Positions 55,929 to 57,781 of a DNA stretch of 57,781 nt are shown one piece after another. A program made the translations under genes and the position numbers. Where the stretch lies: IMG/VR virus record IMGVR_UViG_3300028025_001015, positions 1 through 57,781 of that record; one strand, given 5' to 3'. How positions within the stretch are numbered: position 1 is the stretch's first letter; every line of letters starts with the position of its first letter. The notes under the pieces were generated by a model. It saw only the letters and a list, made by a program, of their open reading frames with translations. It made no database searches and was not told where the DNA came from. The stretch comes from a virus. Lineage: Duplodnaviria > Caudoviricetes.

Positions 55929-57425
55929 TTAGTAATACTCCGCTTTCCTGCGATAAATGGGTTCATCTGGCTCATCGGATTCGATGGAAATAAACCCGCC
56001 TTGGCGAAACCGCATCAAAGCTTGGCTACTTGAGTCCACAAGGTCATCGTTGTCGCCGTTGGGGAATGAAGCCATTTCTTCTACGACTTCTTCAGCCCAT
56101 CGGTGATCTGGACACCAAACCATCCCGGACGCAAACAGGTCAGCAATAGCGTTTACACGGGCGATCTTATCGTTTCCTTTGCCCGGTGTATATTCCGACA
56201 CCGGAATTCCTGTCCTACGCATCTCATAGATCAAGGGAGCGCCTGCCGCCCTCTTCTCCACGATCAATGTGTCTGGGTTCCATTCCTGATACATCTCATA
56301 CGCCTTCTTCTTTAGCTCCGGGAACTCAAGGCGTTGTTTAAACGCATCCAAGAGGATGATGTTCGGACGTAAGTTGCCTTTTCCATCGGAATGATCAAAG
56401 ATTCCCCAGGTGGTACAGGCCGAATAGTCGGCCCTGTTGTTGGTTTCAAAGGCCGTATCCCAAGATTGGATGATGTAATCACACGGGGGAGGGTCTTCCT
56501 TCTCCCAAAGCCGCCACATATCCCGTTTTATGATGGCCCCTTCCTCTGATGTGGGGTTTTGTTGGTACTGAGCCTCCCATTTGGACACTGGAAGTTCAGC
56601 TTTGAGGGCCTCAAGCTCCTCTTTCTTCCAAAATGCAGGCCACAAAGGGGTTCCAGAGGGCAAAATAGCCGGGAAATCAATCACTTCCCACTCATTTACC
56701 CCGTCTTTCTCCGAATTCTTGAGGATCTGGCCCGTCAAATCCCTTTTTGACCACCTTGTCATCACAATGATGATGGCCCCACCCGGCTGTAAACGCTGTC
56801 GAGGGCCAGATGTGTACCATTCATACACATTGTCAAACACCGCAGGGTTGCCCTGCTTGGCCTCCTGCTCAGAATGCGGGTCATCAATGATCAATATATC
56901 TGCGCCTTTTCCGGTAACGGCTCCCCCGACACCGATGGCAAAGTAGTCCCCACCTTTGTCCGTGTTCCACCGGCCAGCGGCCTTTGAATCTGAAGACAAC
57001 TGCGTATTGAAGATCTTCCTGTAATCCTCCGACTGCACAAGATTGCGGACTTTACGTCCAAACCCCACGGCCAACTCGGCAGTGTGGGCGGTCTGGATGA
57101 TCTTCTTCTCCGGGTGCTTACCCAAGAACCAAGCTGGAAGCAGGTAGGAGGCAAACTCAGACTTGGTATGCCTGGGAGGCATATTGATGATCAGACGTTT
57201 CAAATCCCCATTGACAACACGCTCAAAGGCATTTGCCATGATCTGGTGATGTTTACCCGATATGAATATCGGCCACATCTGTTGGACAAAGAACAGGTAG
57301 GACTCCCTGCACCTCTCAATCCTGTCCATCTCCAGCAGGGCAAAGATCTTCTTACGCTCCGCATCCGGGACTCTGTCCACCATCTGGATATAGCCGTCCA
57401 CTTCCTTACGGGTCAGGAGGCTCAT
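55929..57425 (-). CDS. terL: Terminase large subunit
   Basis: PPRHTKS (Walker A); IIDDPH (Walker B); MTRW; QSWDTA; HDD-like NDDLVDS nuclease motif. Confidence 0.95.
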   Translation of the reverse strand: MSLLTRKEVDGYIQMVDRVPDAERKKIFALLEMDRIERCRESYLFFVQQMWPIFISGKHHQIMANAFERVVNGDLKRLIINMPPRHTKSEFASYLLPAWFLGKHPEKKIIQTAHTAELAVGFGRKVRNLVQSEDYRKIFNTQLSSDSKAAGRWNTDKGGDYFAIGVGGAVTGKGADILIIDDPHSEQEAKQGNPAVFDNVYEWYTSGPRQRLQPGGAIIIVMTRWSKRDLTGQILKNSEKDGVNEWEVIDFPAILPSGTPLWPAFWKKEELEALKAELPVSKWEAQYQQNPTSEEGAIIKRDMWRLWEKEDPPPCDYIIQSWDTAFETNNRADYSACTTWGIFDHSDGKGNLRPNIILLDAFKQRLEFPELKKKAYEMYQEWNPDTLIVEKRAAGAPLIYEMRRTGIPVSEYTPGKGNDKIARVNAIADLFASGMVWCPDHRWAEEVVEEMASFPNGDNDDLVDSSSQALMRFRQGGFISIESDEPDEPIYRRKAEYY

Positions 57426-57661
57426 AGGGACAACATCTTCTCAACAGATTTATCAACCAACCGGACACCGTAGAACTTTCTGGGCTTCACCGTGATGAAA
57501 CCATCGGACTTTAGCCTGTGGACAATCCTGTGGATATTGGAACGGGACTTCAACCCAAGACCACGGGCTATCACATCGTAGCTCGGAGGGATGCCGTGTA
57601 AACGCACATAGGCCCGGATAAAGTCCAGGACAAGCTTTCTGCGTTCGGTTACAAGTTCCAT
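57422..57661 (-). CDS. LexA DNA-binding-domain-like HTH protein
   Basis: T.R...VLDFI......G.PPS...IA..LGLKS.S.IH..V..L...G; no peptidase domain. Confidence 0.8.
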   Translation of the reverse strand: MELVTERRKLVLDFIRAYVRLHGIPPSYDVIARGLGLKSRSNIHRIVHRLKSDGFITVKPRKFYGVRLVDKSVEKMLSL

Positions 57662-57781
57662 GGCCGAAGTTTAAACGAGAACAAGTGTTCGTGCAAGCAC
57701 TCACTCACATATATATACCCCCCTGTTTTAAAACAGCTACTTCAGATATGGTTTCTCATATTGATGGGGGTGGGTGGGGAA

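Noticed and set aside
57422-57661. LexA-like gene as evidence of a temperate lifestyle
   Set aside because: Only the DNA-binding domain is present, and no integrase, att site or CI/Cro switch is visible. Lifestyle cannot be called from this window.
57700-57781. ATATATACCCCCC...GGGGGTGGG near the window end as a packaging or terminus signal
   Set aside because: It is suggestive upstream of terL but truncated by the window edge, so it cannot be supported without flanking sequence or read-end data.

Overview
This window is most of a tailed dsDNA phage genome (Caudoviricetes). A podovirus-like morphology is inferred because ejection-type proteins are present and no tape-measure or sheath gene was recognised; the host is unknown. 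Layout: (1) 1-2.7 kb, a 5'-truncated CobT-like VWA gene and small ORFs. (2) 2.8-7.5 kb, a minus-strand replication block (primase-helicase, HNH, PD-(D/E)XK nucleases, RusA) with about 1.5 kb of structured non-coding DNA that includes an ncRNA-like array and an origin candidate. (3) 7.6-16.4 kb, a plus-strand recombination and accessory operon (exonuclease, Sak-like annealase, SSB, many small ORFs, a miniature GlyRS-like gene). (4) 16.4-57.7 kb, a minus-strand late block (TerL, portal, GroES-like, scaffold, major capsid, adaptors, tail fibre, lysis genes, ejection proteins, a 3427-aa polyvalent protein). The standout is 14467-15966: a stand-alone Cas7/RAMP-like gene, then a non-coding array of 56 GG(C/T/A)-NN pentamers split into 7 units by GGCA, then a partner ORF. 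This is a candidate non-CRISPR RNA-guided system. Other highlights are at least 39 copies of the palindrome GTTTAAAC, a promoter-driven array of alternating hairpin and tRNA-like RNAs, and three small genes nested out of frame in the giant protein. All family assignments come from recognising motifs by eye; no database searches were run.
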